A stretch of DNA of 61,380 bases, the filler included, from Sphacelaria rigidula (lineage: Eukaryota): assembly GCA_964200075.2 (NCBI GenBank). It is 5 parts of 5 records of this genome, joined end to end, with 100 filler letters (N's around TTAATTAATTAA, not from the genome) between each part and the next. Parts side by side here need not be neighbours in the genome. Positions count along the whole stretch, not along the records: positions 24,594 to 36,789 come from CAXNAA020004017.1; positions 36,890 to 49,085 come from CAXNAA020004018.1; 3 more parts are not named here. One strand, given 5' to 3'. Position 1 is the first letter of the stretch. Each line of letters starts with the position of its first letter. The translations under genes were made by a program, and so were the position numbers. Below the pieces are notes generated by a model. It had not been told where the DNA came from, did no database searches, and saw only the letters and a list, made by a program, of their open reading frames with translations. Positions 26,491 through 39,345 of the stretch are shown here, one piece after another.

Positions 26491-27407
26491 CTTCAGAGCA
26501 CAGACGTCACCACGCTTGGCCGCTGCGCAGGCCATATTGACAAAACGGCTACCACTGTCGCCATTCCCGTCAACACCTCCGGGCGTTGACGTTCGCTGAG
26601 CAGGATATTCTCCCCCTTCACTGTTTAGCCCCTGCAAATCATCCCTGACGCCCCCCCGACTCGGCGGCTTAATTGCATGACTGCATATTTTCCAAGTCGT
26701 GGTGTGATCGTGGTCATCGTTGCCGTCCATTTGTCTTCTCCCTTTCTTCAAAGAACCGCCATTCCCCTGCGCAACGCACGCACGGGGTATACACGCCTCT
26801 CTTCCCTCAAAGGTACGCTTGCTGAATCGTACACGAGCCGTTTGTAAGACATCTCTGATCGCTCTCATTGTATTGCCCACTGTGACAGCCACGTCCATTT
26901 CGTTCGTCCCCTCATCCCTCCCTCCTTGCGGTGAAGGTAAACTGCACTGATCTTGGGCAAGCTCGCTCCTGAAAGCCGTCTCCAGTTCACCCAGCACACA
27001 TTCTACGCTGGCACAGTTCGCTCCAACCCCACGCCTGCTACTACTCTGGTCTGTCTCGCTTGTATTATCGCTGCTGATTGAACCCTCCGGCGGTTCTGGA
27101 GTAATCTCGATTGTTAGCCTGTCCGGTTTCGTGTTTTTTAACGCTGGTCCTTCCTCTGTTCCGCAAATGACGTCGGCTTTACGGGAATCATCATCCTCGC
27201 TCTCAAGAGCGTCTCCGCTATGTTCCGCTATAGATGCGACACCCTCCAAGCACTCTAAGATGCTCGGCCAGTGTAGTGGCGAGAGGTTTCCTGCGGTGAC
27301 CTCCGTACTGTCATCAACACCGCAGTACGGTCGGGATTGGTGATTGTTCATTTCCCTTGGGCTTGCCAAAAGTAGGATTGTGTCGTCCGTGGCGTTGACT
27401 CCCACGT
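26491..27407 (-). CDS. Probable internal exon of a hypothetical protein (acidic, low complexity)
   Basis: Open frame of about 300 codons with acceptor gtcag|AC and donor AAG|gttaca. No domain recognised. Confidence 0.5.
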
Positions 27408-27537
27408 CTGACAGCGCGATCGACGCATTTTCTAGCGTGATCCATTTGGTGCAGTCCTGCCATTATCGCCGTAAATGATGAGATATAGTCAGAAAATAAA
27501 AAAACGACACTCATAGCGCTATTAAACCAGCGCCTGA

Positions 27538-27787
27538 GACACTTTGTACGATAGCCCCCCCCCCAAAAGTGCGTGGTTTGGGGAGGCAAGATCTTCACGT
27601 AAATTGAAATGGAAAATGCCAAGCACAACGAGCAGCTGGAAATTCCCACGCTTGGGTTCATTCTCGCCAATACCGCCCATATGAGGCGCTTCATGCAGTC
27701 TGAACCCAAACATCAGGCGCCGTATGACCATTATTTTCGTGACACTTTTGGGCTGGTTTGGGGGGGGGGGCTATGGTAGAAAGAGTC
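27538..27787. mobile_element. 250-bp MITE with C-tract TIRs and 4-bp TSD (CTGA)
   Basis: GACACTTTGTACGATAGCCCCCCCCCCAAA ... TTTGGGGGGGGGGGCTATGGTAGAAAGAGTC with CTGA on both sides. Related copies at about 41051-41290 (reversed), about 34320-34480 (diverged) and 61317-61380 (truncated by the window end). Confidence 0.8.
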
Positions 27788-29457
27788 CTGACCAAAAACT
27801 CCGTAAGCTCAAGTGCTGGTTGTTTGTTCAAGTCACCATTCAAACCTTCAACAACAACGTAGTAAACAGTGCTCCGGTGTGCGCATGGTACCCTTCGCTT
27901 TATCGAACCTACAACCCAGACAAAACAGAATAATCAGTTGCGGATGGTACATGTTACTCCACGTCAGTAGCGCCCAAAGTTACAGGATAGGACATTCAGA
28001 ACGTACGCACGTCGCGAACGAGATTGAATGCGCGAATTACAACCCGATTCACATTATACAGACATTGTTCACGTATAATGACGTTTGAACTCCGAAAATA
28101 TGCATGCGGCAGGATAACGTGTACCAGCGGCCACCAGAGCTTGTTATGGGCGAGTGTATTGATTTCTCCGTGCCTACATCGGAGTGTATCAAAATACTGC
28201 CGAAGGTGGATGGAAGTGTTCCTTGGTTGGGGAGTTCAAATTCGAGACGATTCGACTATGTAGACGACAGTGATGACAAACCTACCTACTCACAAGAGCA
28301 TGCCGGTGAAGCGCGCGCCTGAGATCGCGAAGAGTATCGTGAATGTTCGCGTGGCGATTGGCGTTGTACATTCGAATCAACGTGTTATCCCGTGCATGCT
28401 TACGCGCTGATGTGTATTCAGTCGCCTTGAAGTCCATAAACTCCTCAACACCCACGTGCTTTCTCCCTGGCAAACCGCCTTCTTGGTTCTGTGGTGTAAA
28501 CTATTGGGAGAGAGCGGGGAAAGGGCAAAGAGGCTTTCAGGAGACTTCAGGAGACTTACAAGCAGGACATGCATTTCATGTTGGTCATAGCTGTTGGTCA
28601 TGACTACATCATAACATACTCGCTCGCCCCACTCTCCTGAAGGTATACAACTCGTTTCCTTGTATGCTCTATGGATATACTGCCACAGGCAGGTGTGCGT
28701 ATTGAAAAACGGGGCGCCTTTCTAATCGAGTGGTCGCAGTGTCCCCCGGGGAATATCCTCATCGCTAACAGGGTACTCATAAGTGCTTCAGGACAGTAGA
28801 TTATCCAACGTGTTGCACATCGCATACGATTTCTCTTCCGAAACAACAGTAGTCTCGATGCCGCTCAGCCAGACCCACCAGTGGTACACGCAGACTGGGT
28901 GTTGACTTTACCCGAAGCGACTCCTGTCCGGGATGGGCTCGCAGCAGCTCTTCATACATAGCCTCTTCATTGTGCTTCTCGCGGTTGTACATTCTAATTA
29001 GAGCTATCTCATCCATCGGAGCTATTTTCTCGCCTTCGGTAATTGAACCGCCGGCACCCATGACGATGCCTTCCTCCCCAGTAGCTACGCGATCAACGCT
29101 CTCCCTGTTCAAAGTTGCATCCACTGTAGAGTTATGAAAATGACGATACACACATCTCGTGTAATAGTATCGGCGCGAGAAGTGAACGCTCAGCTCGCCC
29201 AGTATTCCAACTTGACCTCCGAGCACTATCAAATTGGCTGTTGTTGTACATGTTCAAGTTTTCGCCGTCAAGTCATTTCTGCCAGCTGCCTGTGATTAGA
29301 GTTTGTATTGGAACCACCAACCACCACATAGAAGGGAAAATGACCCCACAAGTGTCCGTCGACGAATAAAAGGGGTGGGGGGGGGGGAACCACCACACAG
29401 GAGGGAAAATATCCCAGAAGTGTCCGACGGGGAATCACTTTTTTATATTTGTTTTAC

Positions 29458-30065
29458 GTACGAGCCGAGCCAGCTTAAAGGTGGCGAAAAGTTGCTCACA
29501 CCACAGCTTTCCCAGTTTCCCGAATGACCCCGATATAAGCATATCAGTATGAACTGCACACCGACCTGATGACAAAGGACTGCGTCGCTGTTCGATTGGC
29601 GTCGTATTGCCGATGGCGTTATTGTACTGCATAAGATACGGGGTGCGTCTCATATCGTTGGGCGATAGCGTGTCGGAGTTTTTTTTCAATGCGGTGGGTT
29701 CACGTCAGCAATCACCCCACAATGGGTACATGTGGGGTGCAGCAGCGTCACGAAAACGTTGCGCGCACGGCCCAACTCGACGACTCTTGAGCTGAAACTT
29801 CACGAAGACCTTCTGCACCCAAGGAAATGATACATCCCGGGAGCAGCTGCAGAGATTCTCATCCTTTTCCCTGGACTTATGACATTATCTCGTTTTTGCT
29901 GAAATTTCCCCATAACTCCCTGTTGTTTTCTTTTTTGCTTTGCTGTTCTCGTCATATTTTGCATGTCGATCATAATAAGCTGCTGTCAAAATTTCAGCGT
30001 CCAACTCCTATTTTTACGCCGTGCGTCGCCTGAGCGAGAAAAATACCCCTTGCTGGCTGGCCCAG
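29458..30065. repeat. Dispersed repeat family; this copy lacks the inserts present in the 46053-47515 copy
   Basis: Three blocks are collinear with 46053-46165, 46780-46885 and 47290-47515: AAAAGTTGCTCACACCACAG, GGGGTGCAGCAGCGTCACG...TCGACGACTCTTGAGCTGAAA and AAGCTGCTGTCAAAATTTCAGCGTCCAACTCC. Confidence 0.8.
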
Positions 30066-33000
30066 CTCGTACAGTCACAGCTCCAGAATTCTCGTGCAGT
30101 ACGTTGATCGGTGAGGAGTACAAGCAATTCAGTTGCTCCGGATTGACTCTCAACAACGCGCACGTATCACTAGTCGTTGCCTAGCCGTGGTTTTCACGGT
30201 GGTATGGTGGTCGGACAATTTGGCCATACTGCTTGTACGCTTTCGACCACTACTCCAGGCTTCAAGGGGCAATGGCATAATATTCAAGTCGTTGCGTGTA
30301 CCAAGAGAAGTCTGATGTCATTAGTCACGAATGGGTGCAACCGACCGCCGTATGTATGTTGATTTTATTGCATCAGTCATACAGGATGAACGATAGCCTC
30401 AAGAGCAGAGAACGCGTCGCGAGACGAACAAGGTTCACGGTTGCAAATAGCGAATGTGAAACAAAGTTGTTAAGTTGGGTTGTATACTTTCCAGGCTATG
30501 AATGTGCGGGACAGCTACCACCGCAAGACTGCTGCAGTGCGAGACGCATGTTCCAGCGGCGGAGGGATCGCGATATCTTTGACGGCAGTGCTGTACTCCT
30601 GGACTCCTCCGGTGGATGCCAGTTCACAGGAAATCGGAGGAAGTACTATTTGGGGAAAATGAATAATCCTGTCGCCTACTGTTCTCGAGCATGTAATTTC
30701 AAGTGAATGTTCGCTCCTAATCCACGGGAGAATACCAAGCTTCACGTTTCTGGTAAAGCTTGGTGAAGCTCGGTGAGGTTTCTGATCACGGCGTCCGGTG
30801 TGTGGTGGCAGTGACGAAAACTACTGTTGTTGTACGTACCGCGAAGCGCAGGAAACTACAGACAGCGCGGTGTAATACAGTGAGTGCTCCAGTTGTGGAT
30901 CTACTTGTGGATCTATCTCACTCGAGTATTGATGCGAGCTGCGGCATCATCAGTTTGTTCGTCTGAATCTACAGCTAGAAATCTAAAGCGAGCGGCTAAC
31001 TCCGTCGTGAATAAACGTCTGTACGGTGTACGGCACACACCTACTGTCCAGAGTCCAGAGTCCAGACTTGGGATGCTAACTTGAAGAGTGCGGGCGAACC
31101 GGAAACAATTACCCCGCAAACGGAGAACAGTTGTAACTGGCAGAACGCCTCCGCTAGACCACGGACCTCGGTATGTTTCATCACCCACTTTGTTTGCTGC
31201 CATCGCACCCTGTATAGTACTGTAGATAATACACGGTGATTTCGAGAATTCGTGAGCAATATGTCCAACTATCAGGTGAGCTGTTGTCTACAGGGGTGAA
31301 AAATAGAGGAGCTTCGGCGCCTGTGCCGTTGCTGTATCCGTTGCAACATGTCGAAAGGGTCCTTTTTCTGAAGGCTCCGCAGTAACCCCGTGGTCCTGAG
31401 ACCTTTGCTGGCGATTAAAGCGGTGCTACCGCACAGGTCCTTCGAACTTCGGACAGATATACACGATTATCTCAATTGACTGAGCGTACCGGGGCAGCCG
31501 TCGAGATAGTGATGGCGTTTTGGAAAGCATTCCAGTGGTTCCGTTCCCCGTTTCTGTTTCCATGTGCGTTTGTGCGTGTGTGCGTGTGTGCGTGTGTGCG
31601 TGTTCGTGCTCTTGCCTTCAGTCCTCATGGCGCAAAGTTCCATACAAGAAGCAACTCAAGCTTTATTACGGTATATTCTGCAGTACTGTACTGTAATACT
31701 TCGAAGTACTTCTGTACCGTTGTCTGTGCAGTACCGCACGGTCTTGTACTGGCTGGTTTCCACTTTTCAGTCAGGAGCTGGACTGACTAAAGACCACCAC
31801 AATTGTACACGTGGTAACCGTAGACGTGGTACATGATGCAAATTATTGCTGTGCTCTAGGCAGGAGGTGGGGAGGGTGTGGGTGGGGGGCGCAAACAAAA
31901 CGAGCCGCGATAATTCGTTGTTGTTGGTTGGGGCAGGTTTACCTCCATGCGGGTCTACCGGTAAATTCCTCATCTGACCGGGGTATGTCAAGTACAATAT
32001 TGTACTGTTGTGCTCCAGGCCGCGGACTACCGTACAGTATATACAGAAGCCTGAAACCCTAACGTGGCAGCTCTGCAACAGCCTAAGAAATATGAAGGTG
32101 GATGGTGAAACGCACTCTCTGCAATGCCCTTGGTTGAGCTTGATACTTGATCGCGGGGCTACATGGTGATGTTGCTGGCGATGCCCAATTACTTTTCCTT
32201 CTCCACGCTCTGAGAGCTGTCGCGAAGATTTTCCACCAAGGACAACATTCCCAGAAAATTACTTGAACTGGATACAGTAGTAGGGCCCAACAACAACAGA
32301 CAGTGGCGGATATGACTTGACTCTGCAGGGGCAATGATTGATTTTTGTCCTCCGTGGGGCGGCGATTCCGACGTCGAAATTTATATCGCGGCAAGGCTCT
32401 CGCCATGTGCAACGCATACATTTCTGTTGATGGATACGAGAGTAAATGTACAGTACCATACGGGAAAATATTTATCGGAACAATTTATGTTCGGCACGTA
32501 TGTCTCATTGCGACACCACCAATGCACCCACTATTAGTACGGACATCAGGGGGAAAGAAGCCTGTGAATGCAGCTTTTGATCAATGCCTGTCTCCTGCTG
32601 TGAATTGACGCACCACGCGGTCAACAAAACCCAAAACATTGGGTGTTGGTTCTACGTGATCGCCCATCTTCCCTTCACGTTCCATATCAACATCATATCT
32701 GCTGTAGAGCCGGTAAAACGGTGCTAACGGGTATGTCTAGGCAGTGAAATGGTCCAACGTAGATGACAATCATACGTGATGAGATAAAAACACACATCAC
32801 CGGGCTGCTCCCAACCCACTTTCCTACGGCACTCTGGATTGGGCACGCGGTGCATGGGGCTCGAGGGGTGCCATGACTCTCAGTCACGGCATCATTCCCT
32901 TCCCCACTCCTCTCTTGAATATGGGTGCCGTTGCGGGTGAGGGGAAGGCCCAATTTTTCCTTTTTTTTGCCGTGTCTACCGAGACTATCAATAAAGGCGG

Positions 33001-34673
33001 GAAAAAGAACAAGCGTCCAAATGCAGCATGTTGAATGATCGGCGGGCAGCTCCATGGTCGCGGCGACCAATCAAAATGCTCCTTTCGGACGCTTGTTTCG
33101 TTCTGCACTTCAATTTTGGACTCAAAGAAAAGCCTCCGGTGGGGTGTCGAAACCGAGATATGACACAAGGCACCTCTTGTTGCAGACTGAGTTTGAGGCG
33201 AGGATAATGGATACGCATGTCTTTGTTTTTTCGCCTTAATGGACGATGGAAAGTTACAGCGGCTCGCGTTGGCTCAGCGAAGTGATTTCCTCTACCCTAA
33301 CCGTGAGTCTAGAACATGAACTTCGGCCGTACTGTTGTGCTGATTGAAGTGTGGGGGCGGTGACTCGTTCCGGGTCATACTCATGCACATGCGAAACAGC
33401 CTCTGAGGAAAGGAGAGGACTGAGCTTGGGTGATTCTGTCCGCTCTTGCCGACAAAAGACCTACAGCATTGGGCGTATATCTATGGTTGATAGCATGACT
33501 ACTTGATTTTAGAATGGAGAGAGTTCTGAAAAACTTTATGGTTAAGGGGTCCAGAACTTGTTTTTGTCGAAATCGGCGCCTGCGGCGTCGATTTGAGGTC
33601 TGCCAACGCACACTTTGCCTCGGGAAACCTACGCAACCCCCTTACCCGAGGGTCTCCTACACCTTGAGTCGGGGTTAGGTTAGTGTTATCGTTGTCTGTT
33701 CGAAAAAGTCAATCATAGATACATGCACAGAGCTGCAGGTCCCCTCCCTGCTGAGTTGCATCACCAACTGCAGCATTGGCCTCACCAGTAAAGTTCTCAC
33801 GGACCCGGCTCCCTAACTTTGTCGCCGCAAAATACTTGTTGCGGGCCACCCATAGTTGGACCGCTTCCTGTGGCGAACGAAAGCATTATCCTGAGAAACT
33901 ACTTTTTCGGCCCTTCTGTGTCGTGTTACGCCCTTGGCCGTTTATCCAAGAAAATTTCAGCGTTTGGCCAAAAAAGCAACTGCGGCGTAACGTGGTGGCT
34001 AAAGTCTAAACTGCATGCGTGTGTTGTGCATTCAATAGCACCCTTGGTAAATGGTGGGAGTATAATCACGTCCTTTTGTGCGGCTTGGTTGAGTGATGCC
34101 GCCCTTGCCTCCCGCCTCCCCCCCGCCCTCCCCCAAAGGGGGCTGCTTTGAGGAGGAAATCTCTACGGATGAATCAAAGTGACAAAGGCTGAGCGCATCG
34201 ATTGACTGATTCAAGTGATTGATTGATTGTCGCACTTTGAATTACCCCCCAGGGATCCAGCCGTGGTAACATGATGGACGTCCCAAGAAAAAACAAAACC
34301 GTAACACTCGCTGCAGAAGAAACGAAAACTGAGCAGCTAGAAGCTCGCACGTTTGGGATCGTCTTGACCAATGTTGCCCACATGAGGCGTCTTATGCAAT
34401 CTAAATCCATCTATCACCCGCTGTATAGCCAGTTTCTTCAAGACATTTTTCGCGCTGGTATTTCGGGGGGAGGGAGGGGGGGCCATCGTGACATGACTCT
34501 GTTCTCCGGCGGTCATGTTCCTACCGTAACCGCTGCCGCCGGAGCAAATCACTTCCGTCCACGCACCCGTTTTTTTCTTTCGGTAGTCTGACCACTGTGA
34601 TTTTCTCACTTGTCCGTTCATGTTGTCTCATATATTGTATATCACCGCGTTTTCTCTTGCTACCTGTAACCAG

Positions 34674-36649
34674 CAGACACCGGAGTCGAAAAAGGAGGAA
34701 TTCCGCAAGTACCTGGAGAAAAGCGGGGTCATCGATGCTCTGACCAAAGTCCTGGTTGGCCTGTACGAGGAGCCAGAGCGTCCCCCAAACGCGGTGGATT
34801 ACATCAAGAGGTGAGCACGCCCAAGGCCGAGTTCTTTTTCCGAAGAGGTCGTTAAAACGACACAAGATAGGTACAAGAAGGGTTAGAACGCGCGGTGACA
34901 GTGAGAGTCAATCTGGCGGTTTGCCCTTCCGGTTGGTCAGAGGTGATGGGCAACCAATGGGAAGGGCAGCAGAGAAATAAATGAACAAAACCGCCATGGT
35001 TATTGTCATTGCCGCTCTCACGGCGCGTTCTACCTTTTCTTGTCCCGTTGAAACACGGCTTGATGCCGAAACTCGAGTAGGCCCTGGAAAAAACATTTTC
35101 TTTTCTTTCATGCAACTCACAACTACAACACAGAAAGCCTCGTTTTTCTCCTTCCCCGGGGCCGTAGATAGCGAGCTCATGGTCATGGCCATGGTCCTGT
35201 CCTATATGATCGATGCGTTCATGTGCTCGTTCCTTGCCATATTCGGTTTTACAAGCAACCAATCCTAGGAGTATCATTCACGATTCCGACGATGTGTTTC
35301 CCCCTTGGACATACGTGATTTTGACTGCTGTACTTCAATAAATAAATAAAAAGCAGTGTACACGAGTAGATCTATTTTGGGAAAGGTCTCTGTTCTATGC
35401 GACAGTTCCGATTATCGGCTTACTCGTTGTTACTACTTTGTGTATACAGTACACGCGGGAACTTCTTATATTCAATCGGTTTCCTGTAGCTCAATCGGTC
35501 TCATACGGATCTTTCGTAGTGTAGGTGCCCTTTTTTTGTGTGAATGTTTTGTTTCTTGCCTTCTTCTGCGGGCTGTTTGGGTTTTGGGTATGGGTGATGT
35601 GCCCCCTGCGCTATGACCACGGGTTCGAGAGGTCGAGCTAATGTGACGGATATGATAATAATGAATATCATAATAATAGTGAGAGGGGTATGGGTACCGT
35701 GGAAATGCACCGTGTAGTGTATATTGTCATGGGGAGCGGTGGACGCATATGGAGGAGCGCTGCTCAGCGTGTCTGCAGCGCTGGGGTTACCGGCGTCGAA
35801 AATCAGGGGAGTGATTTCACGGTAGGGGTGCACATTTTTTTAGGCCCTCCACTTCAAGAGCCTGTTGATAATGAACATCTGGGCCTTATTATCAGTCTTG
35901 GGGAAAATTTGACTAAAAACTGCATCCCTACCGTACAATCACCAGCTTCAGCGATATGTTCCGAAAGGAATCTGGCACCCCCGCCGCATACACGTGGCGG
36001 GCTGCAAAAAAAATAGTACAGTAAGAGGTGACCAATAGCGCTCTGTTCGCTTACTACCATCGCGGCATTCTTCGTCCGGAGCTCAAAAGCGCGCCAAGCG
36101 TGGCACAGTGTTTTGACACGACACGAAGCTGTGACCTACACCACTTATGTGTTCACTCTATATACGAGTATCGCTCGGCTTCTTCATAATCATGTATAGT
36201 TATAAAAAAATGCCCGTATCATGTTCTTGAATTTACCAGAAAATGAAGCAAGTCATGGGAGGCCGTCATCCATATGCAAGATAATCAGTACGCTTCGAGC
36301 CGAACAATCTAACCAGGATGCAGCTCACCCCCCATGCGACTTGCCGAACACAAGACGGCGCTTCGTGCTTGGTGATCGATTAAGAGCGTGGTCCGGCAAA
36401 ATCCCGGCGTGCTCCGTCCCGGCTTTGTCGGGATGTGAGGTCAGCGGCCACATGACTCCAGCGTGACGTACCAATACACCCCCACCCCCGTGGATTTTGT
36501 TGGTCGACTTTATATTGTATATATGTGGTCACAACAGGTACATGGGGGCTCCCACAGGCGTGGATGCGGAAGCGATGCGGTTACAAAACGAGGAGTACAA
36601 AAAGGAGAACGATGAGCTTCGATCGAAACTCCAGAGCCTAACGGAAAAG
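34674..36649 (+). CDS. MYCBP: c-Myc-binding protein (MYCBP/AMY-1) homologue, two internal exons
   Basis: Exon 34674/34677-34810 (QTPESKKEEFRKYLEKSGVIDALTKVLVGLYEEPERPPNAVDYIKR) joins in phase 2 to exon 36538-36649 (YMGAPTGVDAEAMRLQNEEYKKENDELRSKLQSLTEK, coiled coil). First and last exons not located. Confidence 0.92.
35811..35942. mobile_element. Miniature inverted-repeat element in the MYCBP intron
   Basis: ACGGTAGGGGTGCA ... TGCATCCCTACCGT. The same terminus occurs on longer elements at about 12530-12627 and 48338-48432. Confidence 0.65.
36265..36490 (+). repeat. Second copy of the 11958-12197 repeat (intronic)
   Basis: CATCCA.ATGCAAGATAATCAGTACG.TTCG.GCCGAACAATC...CAGGATGCAGCTCACCC is shared. 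Ends in a C-tract. Confidence 0.75.
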
Positions 36650-36789
36650 GTGCGTGAGCGCACTGCATGGGGGGGGGGTGTACTCATGATCATGCATGCC
36701 ATAGTGTATGGGGGGGGGGGGGGTACTCATTTTTTTGTTGCCTTAGCCCTTTGCCCATTGACCACGCATCCCTTTCGAGACGGAGCACC

Positions 36790-36889
36790 NNNNNNNNNNN
36801 NNNNNNNNNNNNNNNNNNNNNNNNNNNNNNNNNTTAATTAATTAANNNNNNNNNNNNNNNNNNNNNNNNNNNNNNNNNNNNNNNNNNNN
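36790..36889. other. Artificial contig-joining spacer
   Basis: 44 N + TTAATTAATTAA + 44 N. Confidence 0.97.
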
Positions 36890-36949
36890 CTTATGACTAT
36901 GGCAAGCATGATCATGAGTACACCCCCACTCTCAACGTGGCGGGGGGGG

Positions 36950-39345
36950 GGGAGCTTGTTGCTTGTCTTGGTTGTTTGACCATTGACCACGCATTCCTTT
37001 CGAGACAGAGCGCCATTCCTTCTCCGTATGGAGACACCTCCAACATTTGGGCGCTCACTACATTTCTTCCATACATCCTCTCTTTCCTGATTCGCCGTCT
37101 GTAGCCACCATCTATTTCCTAGTGTAGGCATTATTTTCTCCCTACTGTCTAATGCATCAAACGATTTCCTGCCACCTTCGTTTACTTCCCGCATTTCCGT
37201 CTCCACCACGTCCCGTTCCTCCTTGTACACACTCACATTTACATTCAGCCACTAGATGAGTTCTACCCTCTATTGCTTCGCCGCAGGGGTAGCTCTGTGC
37301 ATCTACTTCCTCCTCCACTCGACTACTGGTATACCTCTTTTTTCTTTCTGGTAGATCCAGATCCCCCACCCGAAACCGCAGTTTCCATGTTTTCGAGGAG
37401 TCCATTGGGATATGCAGATATGATTTCATCCCTATTCCCTCTCTCAATTCTACGTATATCTTCAGGTGTTCTTCCTCGTCTACCTTCCGTTTTAGCGTTG
37501 ATTTTGCCTTCATTTCTATCATGTCTCTTACTTTTGCCTTGTATCCCCTGATTTCACCTATGGACATTATCTCGTCTTGGTTTCCTCCTATGTCCGTCCA
37601 TACCCTCTCAACTACGCCATCCCACCATATTCCAGCCTGCTCTTTCGTCACTTTCTTCCATACCGTCCCATCGACTCTGGCTGGCAGTCTCCTTCTCTGC
37701 ATATTCCTTAGCTATATTGTCATTTCATTTTCCACATGTCTCTGTTTGTTTCAAGTGGGTATAATCCCAATTCTGCTCTCAAAATTGTATTACTCGTCGC
37801 TTTCCACCAACTTCGCGTTCCCCTCCCATATTTCTCCAGCACATTCTAGCATTGGTACAGTCACAATTCATCAGATTACATCTCTTAATCCTAGTATCGA
37901 GGTGCGAATCTCGTCGTATTACGTCCATCCTGTATATATATATCTTACCCTCTTTCATTACTTTATTCATGTGTGTATCCCAAGAACAGTTTTTCGAGAT
38001 CTCTACACCAAGGTATGTATACTGGTTTACAACCGGCAGCTTCTCTTCTCCCCGCTTCCCTTTGAACTCTGCCGGCTTTTCCTTACCTTCTTTACATACG
38101 AGTACGGCGCATTTGTTATCGTTCGCTGTCACGATGCATTTCCTAGTGTATTCTAGCGCCTTCTCTATTTGCTTCTGCATTCCTTCTGGTGTTTCTGATA
38201 TCCTCGCGGAATCATCCGCGAGCATCAATCCCGATACCATATCTTCTACCTTGACTCCTTGATTTGCTGCTTATATTGCTACTATTATATCAGGTCACTA
38301 CTAAATACCTCGAACAAAGTGGGTGATAGCGTACATCATTGTGCAACTCCTTGTAAAGTATCAAAATATTCCGATGTTTCCCTGTCTAGCATAATAGCCC
38401 TTCTGGCACATTCTGTCATCTTCATCATTCTCCACATTTTTCCTCTGATCCCAGTTTCCCACATCTTTTTCCACGGGCCATTTCTCCATACTGTATCATG
38501 TGCCCTTTGTAGATCTAGAGAGAAACAATACGTTGTTGGCCTGGCGTCTTTCCTACCTCGAGTAATCTTACCTGATAATGTTTACACGTGGTCTACGCAA
38601 CTACGGTTCGGTCTAAAACCTGCTTGCCCCTCGCTGATTTTTCTTCCTTCTCTCGCGTCGTTCCCACTCTAGCATCCAGAAGCTTACGGAATGTTTCACA
38701 CGTCGGGCAGGTCATGAGCTACAGTACCTGAAACAACCAATCGAAGAGAACTCTCCGATCAATCGTACAAAAATACAAGACATGTGGCAGTAGTGTCCGA
38801 GAAGCCAACGCATTACCTTCCCGCAACACGGCGTGCTCGGCATCCATCGCTGCGTGAGCTAATACGGAAATAGTGGACAGATGAGCTTGCTCATGATCCC
38901 GATCAGTACTCTAACAAGAAGTAATATCCACGTACTTCGTGAGCTGTGCGACGGTGGAATTTTTTTCCTGCGGTGCTTAGTAACGTTATTCCGGCATGGT
39001 TCCCAGGGTCAGCCATATCTAATTTCTTGAAAAGGTTTACTATTTCTCCTTCTCTCCACCTCTTGCGTGTGCACTCATTTTCCCACATCCAAGTATACAG
39101 CATAACTATCACGGTAATCGTTCCCTCTTCCCCGTACTTTGAAAATTCATTCGCTATTCTGTCTGCCCCTGCTGCCTTTCCCCTTGACGCCAACTCTGGT
39201 AAATTCACTCTGCTATCGTTTGGAGCCACGATTCTTCCGTTTTGACGCCTCTACAGTTGCCTCTGCCCACGCGTTGATTTCTTTATCAAATTCCGTGTCG
39301 AACCTCTTGTTAGTTTTTGGTGTTCCTAGTTTGCGGTAGTGCTCT
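36950..39345 (-). mobile_element. Non-LTR retrotransposon (LINE) with decayed reverse transcriptase, 5'-truncated
   Basis: RT motifs across stops and frameshifts: KAAGADRIANEF, GEIVNLFKK..DPGNHAGITLLST, QAGFRPNRSCV, LDLQRAHDTVWRNG, QGVAQ*CTLSPTLF, GLMLADD, YTYLGVEI. Confidence 0.92.
38697..38956. mobile_element. Short hAT-like element (same terminus family as 20244-21446) inserted in the LINE RT
   Basis: Left end CACACGTCGGGCAG, right end CTGTGCGACGGTG, and an 8-bp TSD with one mismatch (GAATGTTT / GAATTTTT). RT-like sequence continues on both sides. Confidence 0.7.
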
